This document shows, one piece after another, positions 9,123-18,586 of a DNA stretch of 64,000 nt (position 1 is its first letter; every line of letters starts with the position of its first letter). Made by a program: the position numbers and the translations under genes. The notes under the pieces were generated by a model. That model saw nothing but the letters and a program-made list of their open reading frames with translations, did not search any database and was not told the DNA's origin. This DNA is from Burkholderiales bacterium (GTDB lineage: Bacteria > Pseudomonadota > Gammaproteobacteria > Burkholderiales > JBEEJL01), in contig JBAVRP010000007.1 of assembly GCA_049695115.1 (NCBI GenBank), forward strand, positions 38,772-102,771. Direction: 5' to 3'.

Positions 9123-9374
9123 ATGATGCATTACATTTGGATGGGTATTGTCGGCTTGATCACGGGCGCCATCGCCGCATTTATGATTCCCGGCAAGGAA
9201 AACCTGCCCTGGTGGGGAATAATGATAGTCGGCATTCTCGGTTCTTATGTCGGTGGCTTTATCGGCAATATGATATTCAAACCTAAGGCTGGCGAAACCA
9301 TGCTGAGCCCGGGCGGCTGGATTATGTCGATCTTGGGTGCCATTTTATTACTCGTCGGTATAAGGATGCTTTAG
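9123..9374 (+). CDS. GlsB/YeaQ/YmgE-family (transglycosylase-associated) stress membrane protein
   Basis: Gly-rich small membrane protein (GIVGLITGAIAAF...GILGSYVGGFIG). The RBS aaggggga precedes the ATG at 9123. Confidence 0.8.
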   Translation: MMHYIWMGIVGLITGAIAAFMIPGKENLPWWGIMIVGILGSYVGGFIGNMIFKPKAGETMLSPGGWIMSILGAILLLVGIRML

Positions 9375-9410
9375 AAGTAAGCGTGCGCGAACCCTGCTGC
9401 TACTAGTATT

Positions 9411-9443
9411 TAATGGCCGGCTTGTCCGGCCATTTCGTTTTTT
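9411..9443 (+). terminator. Intrinsic terminator
   Basis: atggccgg-cttgt-ccggccat followed by ttcgtttttt. Confidence 0.65.
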
Positions 9444-9646
9444 GGGACAGTTATCCTTTAAAAACAGACTATTGTTGCAGATTGACAACATATTTTCTCT
9501 TTTTGACCCAGCTCGCCTCTGTCGTTTCTTGCTAATTTCCGATGCCGACCTGCACAATGCATTCACGAAAATACACTATTAAATCATCGAAGATACAGTG
9601 TGGAACATTTTCCCATTTACAACAGGCTGTGCTAAAATAAAAAATC

Positions 9647-10558
9647 ATGAATGATCTCTCAGGCGGCCACATAGCCGTGTCTCCACCGCGTTCTCTCACC
9701 ATTGCGCTCAGGCGTCTTTTACGGCCCCTCATTAGGTTGCTACTTGCCAACGGCATTACCTACCCTTTTTTGTCAGGGCTGATGAAATCGGTGTATGTCG
9801 ACGTCGCGGTAAAAGATTTCCCGCTGCCGGGGAAAAATCAGACCGACAGCCGCATCAGTTTATTGTCGGGTGTACACCGCAAAGACGTACGCCGTTTCCG
9901 TCACGACGTGGTGGACAACCCAGCCGTTCCGCCTTCTGCTGTATCACTCGGTTCGGAACTGCTAACCAAATGGACCACCCACGCCGATTACCTCGACAAA
10001 ACAGGTAGCCCGATTCCCCTGCCGCGGCTGTCGGGCAAAGGCAATGAAAAATCATTTGAGTCCATGGTGGAATCGGTAAGCAAGGACATTCGCTCCCGCG
10101 TGGTCCTGGACGAATGGTTACGCATTGGTGTTGCGCACCTGGACGAAGAAAATAATGTCTGTTTGAATGTCGATGCGTTTGTACCAGCCAAGGGCTTTGA
10201 CGAAAAAGCGTTTTATTTCGGCCAGAACATGCACGACCACCTCGCCGCCGGCATGCAAAACCTGATGAGTCATCAGGCGCCGTATTTCGACCGCTGCGTG
10301 TATCACGACATGCTGACGCCGGCATCGGTCAAGGCACTCGACGATCTGGCACGGGAATTGGGAATGAACGCTTTGCAAACTATTAACCACAAAGCGCTTG
10401 AAATGAAAAAACAACAGGCGGCCGACGATACCACAGCACGTTTTCGGGTGAATTTCGGCCTGTATTTTTTCAATGAATATACCGAGACTCGCGCCGACCG
10501 CGATCGCCGCCGCGCGCCGCGAGAACGCGCTAAAGTGGAAGAAGCCGAGGACGAGTGA
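9647..10558 (+). CDS. Hypothetical protein, family not recognised, with a highly charged C-terminal tail
   Basis: 303-aa ORF with coding-like composition and its own terminator. The tail is RADRDRRRAPRERAKVEEAEDE. Confidence 0.6.
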   Translation: MNDLSGGHIAVSPPRSLTIALRRLLRPLIRLLLANGITYPFLSGLMKSVYVDVAVKDFPLPGKNQTDSRISLLSGVHRKDVRRFRHDVVDNPAVPPSAVSLGSELLTKWTTHADYLDKTGSPIPLPRLSGKGNEKSFESMVESVSKDIRSRVVLDEWLRIGVAHLDEENNVCLNVDAFVPAKGFDEKAFYFGQNMHDHLAAGMQNLMSHQAPYFDRCVYHDMLTPASVKALDDLARELGMNALQTINHKALEMKKQQAADDTTARFRVNFGLYFFNEYTETRADRDRRRAPRERAKVEEAEDE

Positions 10559-10580
10559 TCATTAACCCGCATTGATCGCG

Positions 10581-10606
10581 AACCTGCTGACGGCAGGTTT
10601 TTTTTC
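10581..10606 (+). terminator. Intrinsic terminator
   Basis: aacctgc-tgacg-gcaggtt followed by a T8 run. Confidence 0.7.
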
Positions 10607-10739
10607 GCCAGTGTTTTTTCGCTGTGAATCCGGATAACTTCTGACTTCATACGCGCTATTGGGAAAATATATATGCACATCGGATTCATCCTGCTGCGGC
10701 CATTACTGTTCTGGAAAATTCTGGTTCGTAATTCCTGCC

Positions 10740-11633
10740 ATGGAATTCTTTGATGCCATAGCCAGCGCCATTTCCAGCGCCACTGGCAAGCCTTTTCATG
10801 TTGAATCAGGAGTTCGCCTCAACGGCGGCAGCGCTACACAGGCTTGGCGCTTCGAAGGTTGCGGGGAGCGCTTTTTTGTCAAAACCACCGAGGCTCCATC
10901 CGCGCAAATATTTTTAGCCGAAGCCGCGGCATTAGACGAAATTGCGGCGACCGATTCAGTCCGCGTGCCGTCACCTGTTTGCCATGGAGAGATAGAAAAC
11001 CAGAAGACCAGATTTCTGGTTCTGGAATATTTCGACTTGTCCCCGCACAGCCAGACTAGCGCGGCAAAACTGGGCGAGTCCCTGGCGGCCATGCATCGTC
11101 ATGTCGCCGAAAAATTCGGCTGGCAGCGGGCCAATTCTATAGGCGTAACACTACAAATCAACACGCCATGTTCGGACTGGCTGTCTTTTTGGCGCGACCA
11201 AAGATTAGGTTTCCAGTTAGGCCTTGCCTACCGTAATGGCTACGATATAACGCTACGCGACCAAGGCGACAGGTTACTGGAAAGTTTTGGGGAATTTTTC
11301 CGAACCTACAGCCCTGCGGCTTCGCTGCTGCATGGCGATTTATGGCATGGCAATGCAGCGACGCTCGCCACAGGAGAGCCTGTAGTTTACGACCCAGCGA
11401 CTTACTATGGCGACCGTGAGGCCGATTTGGCCATGACAGAACTGTTCGGCGGATTTACTTCCGAATTTTATTCCGCTTACCGCGCCGCCTTCCCACTCGA
11501 TGCCGGCTACAGCACACGCAAACACTTTTATAACCTTTATCACCTGCTCAATCACTTGAATATTTTCGGTGCAGCTTACCTCGCGCAGACCCGCGCAACG
11601 ATGCAAAAACTATTGGCAGAAATTTCCGCTTGA
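10740..11633 (+). CDS. Fructosamine/ketosamine kinase family protein
   Basis: LLHGDLWHGNAA catalytic block and an APH-like fold pattern. The ATG at 10740 (MEFFDAIASAI) is preferred over the track start. Confidence 0.85.
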   Translation: MEFFDAIASAISSATGKPFHVESGVRLNGGSATQAWRFEGCGERFFVKTTEAPSAQIFLAEAAALDEIAATDSVRVPSPVCHGEIENQKTRFLVLEYFDLSPHSQTSAAKLGESLAAMHRHVAEKFGWQRANSIGVTLQINTPCSDWLSFWRDQRLGFQLGLAYRNGYDITLRDQGDRLLESFGEFFRTYSPAASLLHGDLWHGNAATLATGEPVVYDPATYYGDREADLAMTELFGGFTSEFYSAYRAAFPLDAGYSTRKHFYNLYHLLNHLNIFGAAYLAQTRATMQKLLAEISA

Positions 11634-11669
11634 TATGCTATCGTAGCGCTGCGCAAAGCTAGGCTTGTC

Positions 11670-12491
11670 ATGCATATATTTAAGTTATTGATTATATTTA
11701 ATTTTTTAATTGTCAGCCCAGCGAATTTTGCGGCCGAGATTCTGCGCCTTGGCACGACAACCTCAACCGAAGATTCGGGCTTGTTAAAATTCCTGCTGCC
11801 GGAATTTGAAGCCACAAATAAAATGCGGGTGCATGTCATTTCGACCGGCACAGGCAAGGCGCTCAAGCTGGGCGAAAACGGCGATGTGGATGTTCTGCTG
11901 GTTCACAGCCGCCCCGATGAAGAGAAATTTATTGCCGACGGTTATGGCATCGGCCGGCGCGACGTGATGTATAACGACTTTGTCATCGTCGGCCCTTCGA
12001 ATGATCCGGCGAAGATCCGCGGCATGACCGATGCAGTAGCGGCATTGAAAAAAATCCTCGCCACGAAATCCCTTTTTGTCTCGCGCGGTGACCAGTCCGG
12101 CACGCATAAAATGGAGCAACGCCTTTGGGACATGGCCGGTTTGCAGCCTGCGGGCGATTGGTATTTTTCCATCGGCCAGGGTATGGGCGAAACCCTTAAC
12201 ATGGCGTCTTCCAAACAAGCTTACACGCTCAGCGATCGGGGCACCTATATTGCCTACAAGCAGCGAGCGACGCTTGATGTGCTGGTGACCGGCGACCCGC
12301 GCATTTACAACTCTTACGGCGTGATGGCGGTTAACCCGAAGCGCTACTCCTCAATCAATTATGCCGGTGCGCAAAAATTCATCGACTGGATCACATCGCC
12401 CGATTGCCAGCAACGCATCGCCTCATTCAGAGCCCATGGGGAACAATTATTTTTCCCTAATGCCGGCATTGCATCGGTTCAGAAAAAATAA
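11670..12491 (+). CDS. tupA: Periplasmic substrate-binding protein, TupA-like (tungstate-type ABC transporter)
   Basis: Has a signal peptide. LGTTTSTEDSGLL matches the TTTS motif block of TupA-type binding proteins. It is followed by permease and ATPase genes. Confidence 0.7.
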   Translation: MHIFKLLIIFNFLIVSPANFAAEILRLGTTTSTEDSGLLKFLLPEFEATNKMRVHVISTGTGKALKLGENGDVDVLLVHSRPDEEKFIADGYGIGRRDVMYNDFVIVGPSNDPAKIRGMTDAVAALKKILATKSLFVSRGDQSGTHKMEQRLWDMAGLQPAGDWYFSIGQGMGETLNMASSKQAYTLSDRGTYIAYKQRATLDVLVTGDPRIYNSYGVMAVNPKRYSSINYAGAQKFIDWITSPDCQQRIASFRAHGEQLFFPNAGIASVQKK

Positions 12492-12509
12492 GACTATGGG
12501 CAAACAAGC

Positions 12510-13205
12510 ATGAGCCTGCTGGAATCCATACAACAAGCCTTTGCCATGCTGCTGGCAGGCGACCGCGAGTTGTGGCAAACAATTTTTATATCTCTGCGTG
12601 TGTCTCTGCTGGCTTTGCTGCTGGCCACGCCATTTGCAGTAGCGCTGGGATTTTTTCTTGCTACCACCCATTTTTTCGGACGCCGCGTTTTTGTCGTAGT
12701 GCTGCAAAGCTTGCTGTCGTTTCCCACAGTGGTTGTCGGCCTGATTCTGTATTTGCTTCTCACTCGCAGCGGACCACTGGGCAGTTTTAATCTGCTGTTC
12801 ACCCAGGACGCGATGATCCTCGGCCAAGCCGTGGTCGCGTTTCCTGTTCTCGCCGCCTTTACTTTAGCCGCGGTGCAGTCCACCGACCAGCGTGTGCGCG
12901 AAACCGCCATGAGCCTGGGCGCATCGCGCTGGCGCGCCATGCTCACCACGCTGCGTGAGGTGCGTTTTCCGCTGATGGCCGGCGTATTCAACGGCTTCGG
13001 CCGCGTGATCTCGGAAGTCGGTTGTGCCATGATGGTGGGCGGCAACATCGCCGGCGTCACGCGCAACATCACCACCGCCATCACGCTGGAAACCGGTAAG
13101 GGCGACTTCGCCCAAGGCATTGCGCTTGGTGCGGTGCTTATGGTGTTTGCGATCAGCGTTAACATCGCCCTGGCGTTTGTACAAGGCAAAGGCACGCCGA
13201 AATGA
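12510..13205 (+). CDS. tupB: ABC transporter permease, TupB-like
   Basis: 231-aa polytopic protein with an EAA-like loop (ETAMSLGASRWRAMLTTLREVRFP). Confidence 0.7.
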   Translation: MSLLESIQQAFAMLLAGDRELWQTIFISLRVSLLALLLATPFAVALGFFLATTHFFGRRVFVVVLQSLLSFPTVVVGLILYLLLTRSGPLGSFNLLFTQDAMILGQAVVAFPVLAAFTLAAVQSTDQRVRETAMSLGASRWRAMLTTLREVRFPLMAGVFNGFGRVISEVGCAMMVGGNIAGVTRNITTAITLETGKGDFAQGIALGAVLMVFAISVNIALAFVQGKGTPK

Positions 13206-13885
13206 GCGAAATATTATTGTCCGTTGTCGGCCTGCAAAAATCTTTTCGTGATCGCGACGTCCTCGACCTGGAAGCGCTGGCGTTTCATGCGGGTGAGAGT
13301 TATGTTCTCACCGGCGACAACGGCGCGGGTAAGTCCACACTGCTACGCATACTCTCAGGCCTCGAAAAGGCTGACAGCGGGCAAATGCGCTATCTCAGCA
13401 AAAGTATCGACCTGAATAACTATCCGGATGAATTGCGGCGCGAGATCATGTACGTGCATCAGCAGCCGTATTTGTTTGACACCACAGTTGCAGACAACAT
13501 CGGCTACGGTTTGAAGTTGCGCGGCGTGGCCAAAGCCGATCGCGAAGAAATTGTCCGCGAGGCACTGGTCTGGGCGGGGATTACGCACTTGGGCAAAGTG
13601 CCGCCGCAAAAACTTTCCGGTGGTGAGAAGCAACGCGCCGCCCTGGCCCGCGCCAAAGTGCTGGATCCAAAAGTGATTTTGTTCGACGAACCCACTGCCA
13701 ACCTCGACATCGACGGACGGCGTCAGGTTATCTGGCTATTGAATAAAATGGTATCGGATAAGAATTGCGTCGTGGTCGCTTGCCACGATCACGAAATCAT
13801 TAATTTGCCGCATATGCAGCGATTGCATTTGAGCGAGGGGAAGTTGGAAGAGCCGCAGGTGAAGCAGAATAAGTTGGCGTTTTAA
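13202..13885 (+). CDS. tupC: ABC transporter ATP-binding protein, TupC-like
   Basis: Walker A GDNGAGKST, signature LSGGEKQR, Walker B ILFDEP. Its start overlaps the permease stop. Confidence 0.75.
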   Translation: MSEILLSVVGLQKSFRDRDVLDLEALAFHAGESYVLTGDNGAGKSTLLRILSGLEKADSGQMRYLSKSIDLNNYPDELRREIMYVHQQPYLFDTTVADNIGYGLKLRGVAKADREEIVREALVWAGITHLGKVPPQKLSGGEKQRAALARAKVLDPKVILFDEPTANLDIDGRRQVIWLLNKMVSDKNCVVVACHDHEIINLPHMQRLHLSEGKLEEPQVKQNKLAF

Positions 13886-13989
13886 CTTAACGCAATGCGT
13901 GGGTGCGGCGCACTTTACAAAAACCTCTGCCGCCCAGACAATTTCTTTCTTCGAATTACTTCAGTGCTGCGTTCGCATTCTGTCTTTTT

Positions 13990-14304
13990 TTAATGCGACG
14001 CCGACAACAACTTCTGCAATTCCCCGCTCGCATACATTTCCGCCATGATGTCCGAGCCGCCGACAAACTCGCCGTTCACATACAACTGCGGAATGGTTGG
14101 CCAGTTGGCGTACTCCTTGATGCCCTGGCGGATGTCCGGGTTTTGTAGCACATCGACAGTGAATGGCTTATCCACGCCGCAAGCTTTTAACATCTGCGCG
14201 GCTTTGGATGAAAATCCGCATTGCGGAAATTGCGGCGTGCCTTTCATGTACAGCACAACTTGGTGAGTGGTAACTTGCTCTTTAATGGTATCGATTGCGC
14301 TCAT
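13990..14304 (-). CDS. grxD: Grx4-family monothiol glutaredoxin
   Basis: VVLYMKGTPQFPQCGFS active-site block (CGFS). The ATG at 14304 is preferred over 14331. Confidence 0.9.
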   Translation of the reverse strand: MSAIDTIKEQVTTHQVVLYMKGTPQFPQCGFSSKAAQMLKACGVDKPFTVDVLQNPDIRQGIKEYANWPTIPQLYVNGEFVGGSDIMAEMYASGELQKLLSASH

Positions 14305-14413
14305 GCTGGCTCCGGCAGGTTTATCAAACAATTCATATTAATCAATTACTTACAAAATATGGTTTTAGGCTATTCTGCTTACTATTTGTTTGATTATAAA
14401 CTATCCGGTGTCA

Positions 14414-15244
14414 CTACTTTAGTTGCCCACCGCTCACCCGCGGGATGCCAGCTGAATCCTTCTCACAAAATATGGGCTTGAAACCAGCTTGTTTCAAGAG
14501 CGCAGCGCAGGCTTTTTCCTGATTGTAGCCATGCTCGAACAACAACCAGCCGCCGCGGTTTAAATGCTCGGGGGCCCCTTGCACAATTTTTCGAATCGCA
14601 TCGAGTCCGTCCTTGCCTGCTGTCAGCGCTTGTATCGGCTCATGGCGCAAATCGCCCAGGGACAAATGCGCGTCGGCCTCGGCGATATAAGGCGGGTTGG
14701 AAACAATGATATCGAATTTCGCGCTCCCAACCGGCTGATACCAATCGCCGAGTATCAACTGTAATTTATTATTGAATTCTTTTTCAATAATCGCTCCGGC
14801 ATTTTTGCGCGCGATGTTGAGTGCAGCCTTGGATTTTTCTACGCCCGTCACCTGAGCGGTGTCACATAATTTTGCCAGTGTGACAGCCACTGCGCCGCTG
14901 CCGGTGCCGAGGTCGAGCACACTATGAGTAGGATTTTTTTTCAGCCGAGCCAATAATAGATCCACCAACAATTCGGTTTCCGGCCGTGGGATCAGCACCG
15001 CCGGCGACACATGGAACATCAAACCATAAAATTCCCGCGTGCCAGTTAGATAAGCAACCGGTTCGCCAACACGACGACGGGCGAAGAAGGACATGGCGAT
15101 TAGAGCCTGCTTTGCATCGACACTTCGTTCGGGGTAACTAATCAGCGATGTACGGCTCCAGCCTGTTGCATGTTCAAGCAACATCTGGCCTTCGATAGTC
15201 GGTAGGTCACTGGACTTCATCAGTGAAGCAACAGTGTGAGCCAT
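14414..15244 (-). CDS. prmC: Release factor glutamine N5-methyltransferase
   Basis: DLGTGSGAVAV SAM motif and NPPY motif. Its start overlaps the prfA stop (TAATG). Confidence 0.9.
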   Translation of the reverse strand: MAHTVASLMKSSDLPTIEGQMLLEHATGWSRTSLISYPERSVDAKQALIAMSFFARRRVGEPVAYLTGTREFYGLMFHVSPAVLIPRPETELLVDLLLARLKKNPTHSVLDLGTGSGAVAVTLAKLCDTAQVTGVEKSKAALNIARKNAGAIIEKEFNNKLQLILGDWYQPVGSAKFDIIVSNPPYIAEADAHLSLGDLRHEPIQALTAGKDGLDAIRKIVQGAPEHLNRGGWLLFEHGYNQEKACAALLKQAGFKPIFCEKDSAGIPRVSGGQLK

Positions 15245-16329
15245 TACGCGGCTTCCTCACCCAAAGTTGCCAGCAACTCGGCCTGATGTTCAGCCATTAG
15301 CGCGGAAGTCAGCTCGTTTAGATCGCCGTCCATGATGGCGTCGATTTTATACAGCGTGAGATTGATGCGGTGGTCGGTGATGCGGCCCTGAGGAAAATTG
15401 TAGGTGCGAATACGCTCCGAACGGTCGCCACTGCCGATAAGGGATTTGCGCGTGGCGGCTTGTTTCGCGTGTTGTTCGCGTTCCTGTTTATCGCGAATGC
15501 GCGCGGCGAGCACGCTCATGGCCTGTGCCTTGTTTTTGTGCTGCGAGCGCCCATCCTGGCATTCGACGACAATACCGGTGGGAAAATGGGTAATGCGAAT
15601 CGCCGAGTCGGTTTTGTTAATGTGCTGGCCGCCCGCCCCGGACGCACGAAAAGTGTCAATACGGATATCCGCTGGGTTGATCACGACGCCGCTCACATCA
15701 TCGGCCTCGGGCATTACCGCCACGGTGCAGGCGCTGGTATGAATGCGGCCCTGGGCTTCGGTGTCGGGCACGCGCTGTACGCGATGGCCGCCGGATTCAA
15801 ATTTCAATTTTGAATAGGCACCCTGGCCGATAATACGCGCGATGATTTCCTTGTAGCCGCCGACCTCGCCCACGCTTTGCGAAATCACTTCCACCTGCCA
15901 ACGGTTGCGCTCGGCAAAGCGCGAATACATGCGGAACAAGTCGCCGGAAAACAACGCGCTTTCGTCGCCGCCGGTGCCGGCGCGGATTTCGAGAAATATA
16001 TTGCGCTCGTCGCTGGGATCCTTGGGCAGTAATTCTTTTTGCAGGTCGGCTTCAAGACTTAAAAGTTTATCGCGGCCGTCGCGTATTTCCGCCTCGGCGA
16101 ATTCTTTCATCTCCGCGTCATTCAGCATAGCCTGCGCTTCGGCGATATGTTTTTCCGTCTGCTGAAACGATTTGTACAGCCCGACCACCGGCGTGATTTC
16201 CGCGCGCTCTTTGGTGAGCTTGCGGTAATTGTCCATGTCGCTGGTCACGCTTTCGCTCATAAGCAGGCGGTCCAATTCCACGAGACGTTCGCTAAGCTGG
16301 GTAAGTTTGTAGGCAATGCTGGGTTTCAT
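15244..16329 (-). CDS. prfA: Peptide chain release factor 1
   Basis: [16 protein letters not shown] (GGQ motif), in the hemA-prfA-prmC context. The ATG at 16329 (MKPSIAYKL) is preferred. Confidence 0.95.
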   Translation of the reverse strand: MKPSIAYKLTQLSERLVELDRLLMSESVTSDMDNYRKLTKERAEITPVVGLYKSFQQTEKHIAEAQAMLNDAEMKEFAEAEIRDGRDKLLSLEADLQKELLPKDPSDERNIFLEIRAGTGGDESALFSGDLFRMYSRFAERNRWQVEVISQSVGEVGGYKEIIARIIGQGAYSKLKFESGGHRVQRVPDTEAQGRIHTSACTVAVMPEADDVSGVVINPADIRIDTFRASGAGGQHINKTDSAIRITHFPTGIVVECQDGRSQHKNKAQAMSVLAARIRDKQEREQHAKQAATRKSLIGSGDRSERIRTYNFPQGRITDHRINLTLYKIDAIMDGDLNELTSALMAEHQAELLATLGEEAA

Positions 16330-16342
16330 GGGCGGTGCCTGA

Positions 16343-17608
16343 TTATTCGTCGTCGCCGTTTTTGTCAGGCGTGATATAAAGCCGGCCAAGCAATTGGGAC
16401 AATTTTTCCCTTTCGTTGCCTTCGGCATTCTTCAATATGCGCGTTGGATGATGCAGGAATTTATTGATCAAACCGTTACCCAGTTGCTCCAGAACGGACC
16501 GCGGATCATCGCCTCGGGCGAGCGCTTTTCTGGCCCGCTCGATTTCAATTTGCTTGTACGCTTCGGCGTGGTCGCGCAGTTGGCGGATGACCGATACCTG
16601 CTCGCGGGTTTCCAGCCAGCGCATAAAATCCGCCACCTCATTATCGATAATAATTTGCGCGGCGGCCACGGCGCCCTGACGTGAGTCGCGGCCCTCCCGC
16701 ACCAAACCGGCGAGATCATCGACGGTGTATAAAAACACGTCGTTGAGTCGGCTGACTTCCGGTTCGATATCGCGCGGTACCGCAAGGTCGAGCATGAACA
16801 TCGGCCGATGCTTACGTGTTTTGATTGCGCGCTCGACCAGGCCTTTCCCCAGCAACGGCAAGGTACTCGCGGTGCAACTCACCACAATATCGTTCAATGC
16901 AAGATGCTGCGGCAATTCGCCCAGGGTGATGGCCTGGCCATGGAATTTTTGCGACAAACTCTGACCGCGCTCCAAGGTCCGGTTGGCCACGGTAATCCGA
17001 TTCGGTTTTTTTGCCGCGAAATGCGTCGCGGCGAGTTCGATCATTTCGCCGGCGCCAATGAACAGAATATTCAACTGCGACCAGTCATCGAAAATGTTTC
17101 CCGCTAGGCGCACTCCCGCAGCGGCCATCGAAACCGAGCTGGAGCCTATCTGTGTGCTCGCGCGCACATCCTTGGCGACGGAAAAAGTGCGCTGGAACAG
17201 CGGATGCAGCAAACTGCCCAGCGTGCCTACCCGTTCCGCTGCGCGTATCGCATCTTTCATCTGACCCAGTATTTGCGTTTCGCCCAGCACCATGGAATCG
17301 AGTCCGCTGGCGACACGGAATGCATGCTGCACACTTTGCGCACCTTCGTGGGTATAAATAAACGGCCTGAGATTAAATTTAGCCAGATCATGGTAGTGGG
17401 TCAGCCATTGCAGAATTTGCTCCGGCGCACGGGTGTGACAATAAATTTCTGTACGGTTGCAGGTGGAGAGAATGGCGGCTTCCTGAACATCAGCCTGACT
17501 GGTAAGTTCATGCAAGGCCTCTGCGAGCGCTTCCGGCGGAAATGCGACTTTCTCGCGGATGTCGACCGGCGCTGTCTGGTGGTTAATACCGAAGGTGTAA
17601 AGCTGCAT
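16343..17608 (-). CDS. hemA: Glutamyl-tRNA reductase
   Basis: [31 protein letters not shown] and the NADPH motif IGAGEM. Confidence 0.95.
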   Translation of the reverse strand: MQLYTFGINHQTAPVDIREKVAFPPEALAEALHELTSQADVQEAAILSTCNRTEIYCHTRAPEQILQWLTHYHDLAKFNLRPFIYTHEGAQSVQHAFRVASGLDSMVLGETQILGQMKDAIRAAERVGTLGSLLHPLFQRTFSVAKDVRASTQIGSSSVSMAAAGVRLAGNIFDDWSQLNILFIGAGEMIELAATHFAAKKPNRITVANRTLERGQSLSQKFHGQAITLGELPQHLALNDIVVSCTASTLPLLGKGLVERAIKTRKHRPMFMLDLAVPRDIEPEVSRLNDVFLYTVDDLAGLVREGRDSRQGAVAAAQIIIDNEVADFMRWLETREQVSVIRQLRDHAEAYKQIEIERARKALARGDDPRSVLEQLGNGLINKFLHHPTRILKNAEGNEREKLSQLLGRLYITPDKNGDDE

Positions 17609-17826
17609 GGTGCTGCGATTGGAACCGCTGGAAAACAATGGCAAATTATACCATTCAGCCCCGTATTGTCCGGCTACGCTGTTTCCCTACCTGACAGAGA
17701 CCCGCCAAGCATGACAATATGCTAATGCAGCACGAAAATATTCTGCCGAAAGGAAAAACCCGTTTGTGTGTCGCGGATTTCCATCTACAATCACTATTCA
17801 AGAATGATTAGCCACAGGGGCCAAAT

Positions 17827-18504
17827 ATGCAATTGAAACAAAAAGGTTTTACGCTGGTTGAAATTGCCATCGTGCTGGTCATCATCGGGCTGCTGCTCGG
17901 CGGCATTCTGAAAGGCCAGGAGTTGATTTCCAACGCCAGAGTGCGCAATGTGGCAGACCAGGTGAACGCAGTGAAAGCGGCTTACTTCGCCTTCCAGGAC
18001 CGCTACCGCGCATTACCCGGTGACTACTTGCAGGCGCAGGCGATTGCGAATATTCCGAACGTGGTCAGGGGCGGCAACGGCAACGGACAGATCGACCCGG
18101 GAGCCGAGCAAGTTGAGGCATGGCGGCATCTTGCAAATGCCGGATTTATTTCCTGTGCGCAATGTACTGCGGGTGCTGGCACGACGCCTGGTAACGATAA
18201 CAGCCCGACCAATGCGTACGGCGGTGTGATGTCCATCGTGTATGACGGCGCGTATAACAATCAAGCTGCAGGGGCAGGGCCGCTACAAAATAACCTTAAG
18301 ACTGGCAATCAGATACCCTCTAATATTCTGGTTGAAGTCGATCGCAAAATCGATGACGGCAATCCGCGTACAGGCTCGTTGCGTTTCAGCACTTTTTTCG
18401 CCACGGGCGCGGCGCCTGTGCCTGCGACTTGCGCGCCCATTGGCAGCGACAACTGGCTGGTAGTTCCCCCTGACAATAATTGCGGTGCGGCGGCTTTGTT
18501 TTGA
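17827..18504 (+). CDS. Prepilin-type N-terminal cleavage/methylation domain protein (type IV pilin or pseudopilin-like)
   Basis: MQLKQKG/FTLVEIAIVLVIIGLLLGGIL is a class III signal peptide with the conserved E5. C-terminal Cys pair present (PATCAP...NNCGAA). Confidence 0.8.
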   Translation: MQLKQKGFTLVEIAIVLVIIGLLLGGILKGQELISNARVRNVADQVNAVKAAYFAFQDRYRALPGDYLQAQAIANIPNVVRGGNGNGQIDPGAEQVEAWRHLANAGFISCAQCTAGAGTTPGNDNSPTNAYGGVMSIVYDGAYNNQAAGAGPLQNNLKTGNQIPSNILVEVDRKIDDGNPRTGSLRFSTFFATGAAPVPATCAPIGSDNWLVVPPDNNCGAAALF

Positions 18505-18526
18505 TGAAATGTTATTTAGCAGAATT

Positions 18527-18551
18527 AAAAACCGGCTAGATGCCGGTTTTT
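18527..18551. terminator. Bidirectional intrinsic terminator between convergent genes
   Basis: aaaaaccggc-tagat-gccggttttt. Confidence 0.7.
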
Positions 18552-18586
18552 AATTCATATATAACTATTTGTTTATATTGAATATT

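Noticed and set aside
13903-14148. 81-aa plus-strand ORF downstream of the ABC ATPase gene.
   Set aside because: It lies antisense to the 3' half of grxD, which has a clear CGFS glutaredoxin signature, and its sequence is low-information.
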